From contig CAIOUK010000120.1 of assembly GCA_903861445.1 (NCBI GenBank), positions 1-37,430 on the forward strand: 37,430 bases of DNA. Direction: 5' to 3'. Below the pieces are notes generated by a model. The model did no database searches. It worked only from the letters and a program-made list of their open reading frames with translations, and was not told where the DNA came from. This document shows positions 1 through 8,330 of this stretch, piece after piece. The position numbers and the translations under genes were made by a program. Source of the DNA: an uncultured Verrucomicrobia subdivision 3 bacterium. Lineage in GTDB: Bacteria > Verrucomicrobiota > Verrucomicrobiia > Limisphaerales > UBA11358. Numbering within the stretch: position 1 is the first letter of the stretch; every line of letters begins with the position of its first letter.

Positions 1-135
1 ACTGAACTTACATCTAATATAACAATTACTACTAACACCGTCAAGCCTGAAAATGAAAATATTGTGCGGACGATTGGCAGCAAAGCGTGAGGCTGTTCTT
101 GCATTCGAAGCCACACCAGCGTAGTTCTGGAGTGG

Positions 136-600
136 ATGAAAATTCTAATCGCGCTGTTCGTCTGCCTATCCTGGTTGCCTGTGCATGCCGCATCACTAGC
201 TGTGGGTGACGCGCTCCCAACAATGGCATCGAAAGACCAGTTCGGGAAAGATTTTATACTCACTACCAACGTCCAGTTTCTGCTAGTCGCTACCGAAATG
301 AACAGCGCCAAGGTAGCTAATCAAAAACTAGCGGAACAGGGGCTGGATTTCTTGGAGAAACATAACGCGGCTTATCTGATGGACGTTCACACCATGCCGG
401 CCGTGGCCCGCTGGTTTGCGTTTCCCAAGTTCCGGAAGTATCCCCATCGGATTGTGTTGATAGACTCGGCGGAGACGTTGGCGGCCGTCCCAGCTCAAAC
501 CAACTGCGTGACTCTGCTAGCCATTTCGCCGGCTAGGAGAATCAAGAAAATCAGTTACTGGAATCCTGTCGCCGAGCCCGTGACCGCAATTTTCAAATAG
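136..600 (+). CDS. Secreted redoxin/thioredoxin-fold-like protein lacking CxxC (hypothetical)
   Basis: ATG ORF of 154 aa with signal peptide MKILIALFVCLSWLPVHAAS. The segment LAVGDALP..DQFGKDFIL resembles the N-terminus of TlpA/AhpC-type redoxins, but no catalytic cysteines follow. Confidence 0.5.
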   Translation: MKILIALFVCLSWLPVHAASLAVGDALPTMASKDQFGKDFILTTNVQFLLVATEMNSAKVANQKLAEQGLDFLEKHNAAYLMDVHTMPAVARWFAFPKFRKYPHRIVLIDSAETLAAVPAQTNCVTLLAISPARRIKKISYWNPVAEPVTAIFK

Positions 601-634
601 CCATCTATGCGCTGGAAATGTGCTGCACCGCGAT

Positions 635-1813
635 TTAGCCGAGGCAGGTCAGAATCGCGAGGATGATAGCGAGGTAGAACATCAGATAGCTCGTCCAGCT
701 TTGCCCCTTCGCAGGTTTTGGCTTCGGGTAGTCCGGAGTCACCCCAGCAGCCGTCATCCGGTCGTAAAGGTCTGGATGAATTTTAGCTGAGCGCCGAGGC
801 ATTACGGCAGGCATGAGGTTCGTCTCGTAAAGCCGCTCCAAAGCCCGCGCATAAACCGCCGCATCGACCTGGTTCTCCGCCGCAATCTTGTCTGCCCTGG
901 ATTCCATCCTACGCGCGACCCGAATGCCGATCAGCCACAGAATCAAACTTCCGATTATGAGAATAAAGTATGCGTGCGTCCCCAAGTCTCCTAGCGAAGA
1001 CATTGGCCGCGCAAATATGGTAGGATAGAACGCCATTGAAACCAGAACGCGGGTAAGCACAACTTTACGCGGCTCGTTTAAGTGACCGAGTTCATGGGCG
1101 CACACAGCTTTGATTTCGTCATCCGTGCAGGTTGAAAGAAGCTTGTCGGTGAATACGAGCTGGCGGGTTAAGGGAAAAGCTAGGGCATTACTGAGGTGAG
1201 TAGATAATATCCAGGTAGCGCGGACCGTCACCTTCATCTGATTCGACACCACCTCAACCAGTGCCTTCAATCGTTCAGAAGCGGGTTGGACCAGACCGAA
1301 CCATCTCAAGAGTTTTATACCCAAGCCGAAGTTGAAGGCTAGCATCAGTGCCAGAACCGCGCTGGCCGACAACCAAGTCCAGCAGCTGAAATTCAATGGC
1401 ATGTTGAATATCGCGAACATCAGCACCGCCCACCAAATAAAGAACAGGAATAAAGACGCGGCTACTAAATGCAGCCATGATTTGAAACTCACTTCCGGCA
1501 CCACTTCCCGGCTAAAGAAATACCCAGCCACCAGCGCAGCCAGAAAACTCGGGATGGCGGCAAAAAGAAAACTAACATCGGGGCAGAGAATCGAGCTTAT
1601 GATTGAGAGATTAGCGGGAATCAGCCAGTTGTTTAGCCTAGCCGACGTTCTTGCCGGGTTCAGTAGTCTCGCCCTTTCCGTCCAGTGCTTGCCTACGCTC
1701 CGCCGCCAAGGGATCAGCGCCAACCAGTTCAGTCCCAGCGCGAACAGAAAAGCTATGCAGAAGCTTCCAATGATTAGCCACAGGGTCATTTCCGGCATGG
1801 GGTAGCAATTCAT
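635..1813 (-). CDS. Membrane-embedded M48-family zinc metallopeptidase (HtpX/Ste24-like)
   Basis: It has the HEXXH motif AVCAHELGHLNEPRK and a downstream ESRADKIAAE ... HPDLYDRM tail typical of M48. Several hydrophobic helices lie before the catalytic domain and one lies at the C-terminus. The start is uncertain (ATG at 1813, 1798 or 1789). The track start at 1951 would read through a terminator-like hairpin at 1872..1905. Confidence 0.7.
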   Translation of the reverse strand: MNCYPMPEMTLWLIIGSFCIAFLFALGLNWLALIPWRRSVGKHWTERARLLNPARTSARLNNWLIPANLSIISSILCPDVSFLFAAIPSFLAALVAGYFFSREVVPEVSFKSWLHLVAASLFLFFIWWAVLMFAIFNMPLNFSCWTWLSASAVLALMLAFNFGLGIKLLRWFGLVQPASERLKALVEVVSNQMKVTVRATWILSTHLSNALAFPLTRQLVFTDKLLSTCTDDEIKAVCAHELGHLNEPRKVVLTRVLVSMAFYPTIFARPMSSLGDLGTHAYFILIIGSLILWLIGIRVARRMESRADKIAAENQVDAAVYARALERLYETNLMPAVMPRRSAKIHPDLYDRMTAAGVTPDYPKPKPAKGQSWTSYLMFYLAIILAILTCLG

Positions 1814-1871
1814 CGGCCGATTGTCGAGTGCGGGGAGTCGGCCGGCATTTGAATTTGAGGCGTGCAGGAAC

Positions 1872-1905
1872 AAAAAAAGCCCGCCACCATTTCTGATAGC
1901 GGGTT
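1872..1905 (-). terminator. Possible rho-independent terminator downstream of the 2179..3006 gene
   Basis: The minus strand reads CCCGC-(14-nt loop)-GCGGG-C-TTTTTTT. The stem is only 5 bp and the loop is large, so this is weak. Confidence 0.35.
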
Positions 1906-2178
1906 TGAAGTGGAAGTGGCTGATTGAATGTTTATACGTTGTCAGCCGCAACGCTCATCCGCACTCTTTTTTGAGTTTTGTTGTGTTTTCCACGCGGTAG
2001 TGAACATTTCTACACAGCAGTTGAACAAATGTGACTGCCAGCTACTTAATGATCCCACCTGCAAACTAATAACTAGGTGGTCTCTGCTTGTTCTGCATGG
2101 TGCCGGCTAGCCTATGCCCAGATATGAGGCGAAGGCATGACCGACACAAAACTACATTGACCTTTGAAATAGACCATT

Positions 2179-3006
2179 TTAATGGCTGCAGATTTTAATG
2201 ATTGCATCCATCACTTGCTTCATGTCACGCGGATTCACTTGGGTTTTAACCACCTCTTCCCCGTGCTGCATCGCGATTTTCACTGGTCGGCACATATCCC
2301 AAATGGCATCCCAGATTGGTGTTATGGCCTCAGGGCATACGTTGAACAGATCAACAATAGATGCGCTCTCGTTCAGAACCGCGATGTTAGGCTCTTTTTC
2401 CGCCAATGTTTCCATCGACTTCTGCTCCGTGTCGTTGTTGCGTTCCCTCATCACGACTGAAACCCGTTCGTCAATATCAATAATTGCTTTTCTGACCGGC
2501 TCGATATAATCAGGATTAAATCCTATGTTGTAATGTGTCTTGCCGTCTTCAGTTATAATGACAGCGGCTTTATCATATATTGTGCTAACAGCCTCAACGA
2601 TTGGCTGTATATGTTTAGGTTCAATACCCATCTTGCCAATCTCATAGCCGTGTTCGATGGTCAAAATAGCACCGTTTTTTTCGCCAACGGTATTTGCAGC
2701 CCTATCCAATTCTTGCTTGATCATAGCGTCGGCCTGAACAACCTTTTGGGGATCTTGCTCGCCCGTGTAATCTTTGCGCCACATAATCTTTTGTGGCTCT
2801 AGTTTCGGAACATGATCTTTGCAATAATACTGCAAATGACATTGGGGTTGGTCCACCTTGATTAAACCCAGAGCTTTGTCGCCGCCCACTTCCCATAAGA
2901 TTGCAAACGGGCCGGGTTCGACTGTTTTGACGCTCTCATACTGGGCTGTCTTGTTACAGGAGTCGCAGGTTGGGAGTATTGTTTGGTTGATTATTTGATT
3001 CTTCAT
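2179..3006 (-). CDS. Hypothetical protein (275 aa) with an N-terminal Cys-rich zinc-ribbon-like motif and four internal repeats
   Basis: ATG ORF with a TAA stop. The Cys pattern is CDSC..(38 aa)..CHLQYYCKDH. Four repeated modules end in P-x2-I-x-P-[IV]-x2-A-[IV]: IEPKHIQPIVEAVSTIYD, NPDYIEPVRKAIIDIDE, CPEAITPIWDAIWDMC and NPRDMKQVMDAIIKIC. I recognise no family. Confidence 0.6.
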   Translation of the reverse strand: MKNQIINQTILPTCDSCNKTAQYESVKTVEPGPFAILWEVGGDKALGLIKVDQPQCHLQYYCKDHVPKLEPQKIMWRKDYTGEQDPQKVVQADAMIKQELDRAANTVGEKNGAILTIEHGYEIGKMGIEPKHIQPIVEAVSTIYDKAAVIITEDGKTHYNIGFNPDYIEPVRKAIIDIDERVSVVMRERNNDTEQKSMETLAEKEPNIAVLNESASIVDLFNVCPEAITPIWDAIWDMCRPVKIAMQHGEEVVKTQVNPRDMKQVMDAIIKICSH

Positions 3007-3074
3007 AATATTTAATTTGTTTGTTGTTGTTGGTTTAAAGGTCGGTGCCAGGTTTTACCCAGCACCGATTGTTT

Positions 3075-3356
3075 TTACGCCGTCGGGTTTGCCGTATGTT
3101 TTGGAATACCGATCTCCTCGGCTACTTGAGTGGCATCATCACCATCTCCGTACATTATGTCTCCTAAGCGATTGGCAAGTTCTTCCATCGTGGCATCATC
3201 TACGTCTGCCGTGTCAAACCCCATTGATTCCAAACTGTCGCGAGTGATATAATAACCGGGGATTTCAAACTTCTGGTTCAACCTTGCTTGTAGTTGTTTC
3301 TTTATCAGTTGCTTAGGTGCTGCATTCTTGCTGTTTTGTTTCTTTGTATTCTTCAT
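3075..3356 (-). CDS. Hypothetical small protein (93 aa) with a basic N-terminus and acidic C-terminal half
   Basis: ATG ORF with a TAA stop, co-oriented with its neighbours. It has the same CA-repeat leader as the adjacent element genes. I recognise no family. Confidence 0.5.
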   Translation of the reverse strand: MKNTKKQNSKNAAPKQLIKKQLQARLNQKFEIPGYYITRDSLESMGFDTADVDDATMEELANRLGDIMYGDGDDATQVAEEIGIPKHTANPTA

Positions 3357-3419
3357 ATGTTTGTTGTTGTTGCTTGATGTTTGTTTTTGAGACTTGAGAC
3401 TTATCGTTAATGCTTTGTT

Positions 3420-4505
3420 TTATTTGGTAGCCGCAGTCTCAGTCTCACTCGGATTACGGCTCCAAAACTTTACGTCGTTGATTTGAACCAGACCTTTCTC
3501 GACTAAATAGCCCTTGTCGCGAAAGAACGTGGCGCGGGAATATCCAATCTCTGTAGCAGCTTCCAGCCACTCGCCTGTCGTGAGCGGAGCTTCGTCTAAC
3601 AGGCTGAGCAAAGGTTCGTAGTTATCGCCCTCGTTTACCTCGTCGGTTTTGAAATCGGCTGGCGAAAGATCTGGGCGTTCCACCATTACTGGGAATTGCC
3701 ACTCAACGACGAACGGCGGTTGTGGCGGAAAATTGCGGAGCGTCATCTCGACTACATAGCAATTCTTCTGCTCATGCTCGGTGAGTGTGATGATTGTGTC
3801 CGCATCTCTAGCGAACACCCCACTACCACTCATGCGATCAATCTGGCTTTTCTTGGCTGCATTACCTTTGGTGTAGTGGTGGGCAAAAATAACAGCCGCG
3901 CCTGTAGCCTCGATAATCCGGTCAATCTGTTTGCACAAAATACCTACGGTGCTAGACGAGTTTTCCGACCTGCCCACCATTGTTTTGTAGATGGGATCCA
4001 AAACGATCAGCGCGTAGTTTTCCTTCAGAGCACGCTCAATAATGGCTTCAGTCAACTGTTCAAAATCAACTGTCACACCGCGCAAATTCCAGACGTGCAA
4101 GTCGCCGAGGTCTGAGTGATTTCCGTGCTTCTGGATGACTTCAATCCGGTCCGCCATGAACTCGGCGCGGATCTCAAAATTGACTATAAGCCCCTTTCCT
4201 TTTTTGGTTTTGAATTTCCATATCGAGGTGCCAGTGACAACCGCGACCAACCAAGCAATCAAAATCCAGGTCTTGCCGACTTTGCTGCCGCCGGCCAAAA
4301 CGATCTTGGTGCCGGCATGGCCAACGCCTTCGATGATTTCAGCTAGCTTTTTAGAACGGTTTTTCTGCAATGAACTGGCCGTTTCGATTTCGGGGAGGCG
4401 CACGCCGTTTGTTTTGACAATGAATGATCCAGCAACCGTCGCGTGCGGTTTGGGCACAGACGGAATCGGGATGGGTAACGGTTTTGGAATGGTTGAATTA
4501 TTCAT
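3420..4505 (-). CDS. RepA-like / AAA_25-type P-loop NTPase with a C-terminal winged-helix domain (element replication protein)
   Basis: Walker A is LAGGSKVGKTW and Walker B-like is ALIVLDPIYK. The segment AVIFAHHYTKG is typical of RecA-fold RepA/DnaB-like proteins. The C-terminal LTTGEWLEAATEIGYSRATFFRDKGYLVEKGLV looks like a wHTH. I prefer the ATG at 4505 over the GTG at 4532, which lies inside a 9-bp hairpin. Confidence 0.65.
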   Translation of the reverse strand: MNNSTIPKPLPIPIPSVPKPHATVAGSFIVKTNGVRLPEIETASSLQKNRSKKLAEIIEGVGHAGTKIVLAGGSKVGKTWILIAWLVAVVTGTSIWKFKTKKGKGLIVNFEIRAEFMADRIEVIQKHGNHSDLGDLHVWNLRGVTVDFEQLTEAIIERALKENYALIVLDPIYKTMVGRSENSSSTVGILCKQIDRIIEATGAAVIFAHHYTKGNAAKKSQIDRMSGSGVFARDADTIITLTEHEQKNCYVVEMTLRNFPPQPPFVVEWQFPVMVERPDLSPADFKTDEVNEGDNYEPLLSLLDEAPLTTGEWLEAATEIGYSRATFFRDKGYLVEKGLVQINDVKFWSRNPSETETAATK

Positions 4506-4508
4506 AAT

Positions 4509-4549
4509 TATAAAAATAAGAACCGCAGCCACCTATTCGATGGCTGCGG
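4509..4549 (-). terminator. Rho-independent terminator/attenuator hairpin between the 120-aa gene and the repA-like gene
   Basis: The minus strand reads CCGCAGCCA-TCGAATAGG-TGGCTGCGG, a perfect 9-bp stem with a 9-nt loop. It is followed by TTCTTATTTTTATAATT and then the ATG at 4505. Confidence 0.55.
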
Positions 4550-4559
4550 CTCGGGTTGC

Positions 4560-4922
4560 TTACGCCTCAGTTGCAGGCATGATTACGCTGACGGCGGGTT
4601 TGGGACGACCGCCGGCGCCGGCTTTGTGATACACCACGATTTGCGCTTTCTTGCCGACCAGAGTCGTCAAGTCGATGCCAGCGTTCGCTTCATCGGTGGT
4701 GAAGCTGCGATCGAGGATTGTCTCCGTGTCTGAACGGAGAGGGGCCCCGGCAGCGAATGACACCGGATTGTCCTTGCACACTTCCTTGTCGTAGCCTTCG
4801 ACCTTGAAACCAAGGACGTATTTCGTCGGCTTGGTTTCGTTGGGCTTGGCGGTTACGGAGCTGACTGTTGCGTTGAAGGTGCCCTCGTCGAGCACTATTA
4901 CTTGTTTCGTTTTTATTAGCAT
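4560..4922 (-). CDS. Hypothetical protein (120 aa)
   Basis: ATG ORF with a TAA stop and a CA-repeat leader, co-oriented in the element. The sequence looks beta-rich. I recognise no family. Confidence 0.5.
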   Translation of the reverse strand: MLIKTKQVIVLDEGTFNATVSSVTAKPNETKPTKYVLGFKVEGYDKEVCKDNPVSFAAGAPLRSDTETILDRSFTTDEANAGIDLTTLVGKKAQIVVYHKAGAGGRPKPAVSVIMPATEA

Positions 4923-5162
4923 ATGTTTTGTTTGTTCCCGCTGCCTTTTAACTGGTCTGCGGCGTATCTACAGCGGCTCTGCTACAAGGTCTGGTCGAGC
5001 CGTGCCAAACCCCTTTCCGAATCATTGCGCTGTCGTTTGCCATTTTGGCGTTAAGGGCGACTGCGGCGTACTGCCCTGTTTATTCAAGCACCGGATCTGA
5101 CTCGGTGACTCAGAACTTGAATCGGGAACATCACTGCTTCCCAAAGTAATAGGTGCGACTTT

Positions 5163-5546
5163 TCAGGAGTCGCTTTGCGACAAATTCCACTGGACGGGCT
5201 TTTCAGGGCGGTAATTATTTTGGTCCTGCAGAAATGAACGGAGGTAGACCATCAAAGAGTCGTAGACCACAAGGCGCACGGCCTTCGTCTGGCCACGCTT
5301 ACGCAATGAAATTGATCGGACTGGCGGACGGAAGTCGTTGGCGATACACGGCAAGACCAACTCATTGAGTTTAGAGCGGCTCAACCCACTATGCGGGCAG
5401 AGCGCAGGGCTCTTGGGTAGGCGAATGAATTCAGGTTTGTGAAGAATGGCGGGAGCCATGCTGACCGGGGCGGCAGTAAATCCCATTAGGCCTTTGCTTA
5501 CCGTTGTTTTCGAAATTTGAAATTCCATACACCCCATGAAACTCAA
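5163..5546 (-). CDS. AlpA/excisionase-like helix-turn-helix DNA-binding protein
   Basis: The segment FIRLPKSPALCPHSGLSRSKLNELVL...VRSISLRKRGQTKAVRLVVYDSLMVYL matches the AlpA/Xis-type HTH pattern (HTH, then a basic wing, then R-L-hydrophobic...SL..YL). The start is uncertain; ATGs include 5546 and 5528. Confidence 0.55.
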   Translation of the reverse strand: MSFMGCMEFQISKTTVSKGLMGFTAAPVSMAPAILHKPEFIRLPKSPALCPHSGLSRSKLNELVLPCIANDFRPPVRSISLRKRGQTKAVRLVVYDSLMVYLRSFLQDQNNYRPEKPVQWNLSQSDS

Positions 5547-5757
5547 AGCTGCGGGGGATGGACTTGCTCACAAAAAATGAAAAGGCACTCTATGAAACAC
5601 GGGCCACCTAAAAATATGAATGTAATTTTAGGTTAGGAGCTTACAAAGAAAACAATCAACGAAGAGCCAATACACGAACTTGTTGGGCACAACCGCAAAT
5701 TGTTTTTGCAGCTGCTCATATTCCGCTCACAAACTGCTCACCCCAGTGGTAATTTTA

Positions 5758-7008
5758 TCAATATCCTTGCGGGTTGTAGTCTCCAGCATCTGAAGTTATG
5801 CCTTTCATGCCGGAGTCCCCGTCGGGATGCTCTGTTTCATCCTGATTATTTTCTATCCTGCTCCCGGCTGTGAACAATCCAACCTCTGAATCGCCAATTA
5901 CCGCCCGTCCTGTATTCCAGCCGGAGCCGAGCTTATAGCCGTCGTTTTTTCGATCTGCGGATATCACACTGTCGGCATCAATTCCAAGACCTCGCAGCCA
6001 TCTTGAGAATTGGCGACGAAATTCCTGAGCCAATGATTTGGCATTATCGCGAATCGAATTTTTATTGATTCGTGCTTCCTGTAGTAATTTTGACTCGCTC
6101 CAATTTCGATGATCCTCTTTCCAACGCCCCATTTCAAAGAGGGCCGCTATCGTCATAAAATCCAAACAACTTTTCCGAACTGAATAAAAGCCGTCGTCCT
6201 TTGCAAACATTCGGTTTAACACTTCGGCATAACGAATATCGACGAAATGTTTAATACCCGATGGCAATATCAATGATCTGGTTGGTAAATCATATCGGAA
6301 TGGACCTTTTAGAAGTTTCCCCTCCTGTTGGTTCATCTGCGACTTTTTCAAATCGCTTTTTTGGATTGGTGCTGTTCTGGTGGCTCCAAGGGTCTCAACC
6401 CTATTCGATTGGTTAAGGAACTTATCGCATAACTCCGCCAATGAGCTACCAGGTTCGGCATCAACACCAAATCCCCAGGCTGGATCGCCGGTGTTCGCCG
6501 CTCTGCAATAATCAAAAATGCTTTTAAAAAAGTGGGATGTGTCCGGCAAGCGGCCTTGGTTCCGGAGAACTTCAAGCGGTGCCAAAGCTGAGTTGTCAAA
6601 GTCGAGCCAAACCTCGCCGCTTTTTGAATAGAGGCAATTTACCAAAATCAAATCACAGCCTCCCGTATATCTGTAGCGTTTGTTTGTCTTGTCATGGATA
6701 TCCCCTGCGAATCGGGTGAATTCATCCACATCAAAATGCCATTCGGGGCGGGACGTAATCCCAGTCTTAACGGAAACACCCTCGGCATTCTTTGCGGGAT
6801 TATCGTCAAATCCTGCAAAAAAGAAATCAATGTTCTTTCCCGACTCCCGGTGGAAGTATGACAGTGATGGAATGATTTCTTCCTGGGCCAACTTTAACGC
6901 GGGTCGACAGAGCAAGATTCCAACGAGCCAGAGCTTACGATTCGGATTTTCCTCAAATCGCATTTTTAACCGAGCCAGCAAAACTGGAAAACTTTTAGAT
7001 GGTTCCAT
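5758..7008 (-). CDS. Orphan 416-aa protein with an N-terminal alpha/beta domain of unknown family, a possible OmpR/CadC-like winged helix and an acidic Gly/Asp-rich tail
   Basis: Clean ATG (7006..7008) to TGA ORF between int and the xis-like gene. Residues ~235-365 show the pattern F-x-YDL..RSLILPSG..V.I...E ... NSIRDNAKSLAQEFRRQFSRWL ... DGYKL. This is reminiscent of Trans_reg_C wHTH (F.l....l...g..v.Lt..E ... vdvhisrLRkKl ... GYrl). Confidence 0.6.
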   Translation of the reverse strand: MEPSKSFPVLLARLKMRFEENPNRKLWLVGILLCRPALKLAQEEIIPSLSYFHRESGKNIDFFFAGFDDNPAKNAEGVSVKTGITSRPEWHFDVDEFTRFAGDIHDKTNKRYRYTGGCDLILVNCLYSKSGEVWLDFDNSALAPLEVLRNQGRLPDTSHFFKSIFDYCRAANTGDPAWGFGVDAEPGSSLAELCDKFLNQSNRVETLGATRTAPIQKSDLKKSQMNQQEGKLLKGPFRYDLPTRSLILPSGIKHFVDIRYAEVLNRMFAKDDGFYSVRKSCLDFMTIAALFEMGRWKEDHRNWSESKLLQEARINKNSIRDNAKSLAQEFRRQFSRWLRGLGIDADSVISADRKNDGYKLGSGWNTGRAVIGDSEVGLFTAGSRIENNQDETEHPDGDSGMKGITSDAGDYNPQGY

Positions 7009-7095
7009 ATTTATTTCGTCATATCCGGCAGTTTGCTGATGGAATCCTTGGGGCGTTGACGTTCAGATGCGTGTAGCCCATGAACAAGTTCGCTA

Positions 7096-8250
7096 TCATT
7101 CTGTAATGTCAGGCAACTTGTCCAGCGCTTTGCGTTTTGTTTCATTGTCGATGTGGGTGTAATTCTTGCTCACCGCCGCCGACTCATGGCCAATGATGTC
7201 CATCGTCACGCTATCGCTGACACCTGCGTTCTTGAGCATGCTTGTCGCCGTGTGACGGAGAGAATGAAAACTCAAGACACTTGGTGCGCGTGTCGCGGAT
7301 CTTCCTTCGCCTCTCTTCTGATGTGTCCGTTTATCTGCAAGTTTGGCTGCCACCAGAATTTTGTGAAATTGTTTTGAAATCATGCTGGTGTTCTGATTCT
7401 TCTGCTTACTGTCAAATGCCGACTGGAAAAGCGGTGCCTCAGGGTCGTCTCCGGCGGGAATTTTTTCAAGAAGCCTGACCAGCGGCTTGGCCAGAGGTAA
7501 AACTTGTTCGCGCCCGGTTTTTGTGGTGGTCAGCGAGATTTCATTTTGGATCAAGTCGATATTGCGCCAAGTCAAAGAGGCGATGTCCCCCAAGCGAAGG
7601 CCGGTGTAGATTCCAAAAAGAATCATCCCCCTCCATTCATCGTTGGCCACCTTCAAGATGCGCTTAAGTTGGAGTTCGGTAAATGCCTTGCGTCCGGGTC
7701 GTTTTCTGATTTTTAGCAACGTCACCCGTTCGGCTTCGTTTACGTCGGTGAGTCCGTCACGCTTGGCCTGATTGAGAGCGGATCGCAAAATCTTCAGACT
7801 GATGTTTACAGTGCCGGGAGAAACCCGCTTGCTGATATCTTCGCGAAAGCCGGAAATCTCTTTTGCATTGAGGTGGGTGATGTCCAAAGCGGCGCGATTT
7901 CCCAAATACTTGGTGAGCTGATCAACGACGGTCTTGTATCGGGAGTGAGTGTTTTCACCAGCCTCAAGCAATTTACGTTTCAGCCAGGATTCAAAAAACT
8001 CTTTGATGTTGGAGCTGGGCAAAACTTCCTGATTGGACAGCGCAAATATATCGGCGATGGTTTTTCGGGCCCGGGATTCAGTCATTTTTTTGGCTTGTCC
8101 CTGGGTGGATGCGTCCTCAAACTGATTCGCGATGCGTTGAGCTTCCTTCTTGTCGGACGTGCCGGTGCTGCGATTGGTCCGGCGCCCGTCTGGAAGGGAA
8201 AAGCAGGCCATCCAGAAAGGTGACCGAGGATGTCTTTTGACGCTAGCCAT
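7096..8250 (-). CDS. int: Tyrosine recombinase / phage-type integrase
   Basis: The N-terminus MASVKRHPRSPFWMACFSLPDGRRTNRSTGTSDKKEA is typical of these integrases. The C-terminal catalytic region is GLRLGDIASLTW ... HSLRHTATSMLKNAGVS...IIGHES...Y (R..H-x-x-R..H..Y). I prefer the start at 8250 (cat at 8248..8250). The longer track ORF to 8433 would run through the tRNA fragment. Confidence 0.9.
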   Translation of the reverse strand: MASVKRHPRSPFWMACFSLPDGRRTNRSTGTSDKKEAQRIANQFEDASTQGQAKKMTESRARKTIADIFALSNQEVLPSSNIKEFFESWLKRKLLEAGENTHSRYKTVVDQLTKYLGNRAALDITHLNAKEISGFREDISKRVSPGTVNISLKILRSALNQAKRDGLTDVNEAERVTLLKIRKRPGRKAFTELQLKRILKVANDEWRGMILFGIYTGLRLGDIASLTWRNIDLIQNEISLTTTKTGREQVLPLAKPLVRLLEKIPAGDDPEAPLFQSAFDSKQKNQNTSMISKQFHKILVAAKLADKRTHQKRGEGRSATRAPSVLSFHSLRHTATSMLKNAGVSDSVTMDIIGHESAAVSKNYTHIDNETKRKALDKLPDITE

Positions 8251-8330
8251 GTCACCACAATAGTTACCACATTTGACCATGTCAAGGGTGTTTGATTGTA
8301 TCGAAAATACCAATAAATACACAGATTTCA

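Noticed and set aside
1332-1805. 157-aa plus-strand ORF antisense to the M48 peptidase gene. Antisense ORFs 6680..7039 and 3696..4115 lie similarly in element genes.
   Set aside because: The opposite-strand frames carry the HEXXH, P-loop and other motifs, and the reading-frame context favours the minus-strand genes.
635-1951. M48 peptidase plus redoxin-like neighbour (136..600) considered as part of the integrative element or as a signalling pair (BlaR1-like)
   Set aside because: The motifs fit M48 (HtpX/Ste24) rather than an M56 BlaR1 sensor. No cognate repressor is present. GC of the gene is mixed (one line is about 63%), so membership in the element cannot be supported.
5547-5757. The 211-bp spacer between the xis-like gene and the 416-aa gene, considered as a possible ncRNA/retron-like msr-msd or repressor operator region
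   Set aside because: No reverse transcriptase is in the element. I could not see long inverted repeats or a stable structure, only an 8-bp GCAGCTGC palindrome. It is most simply the promoter region of the xis-like operon.
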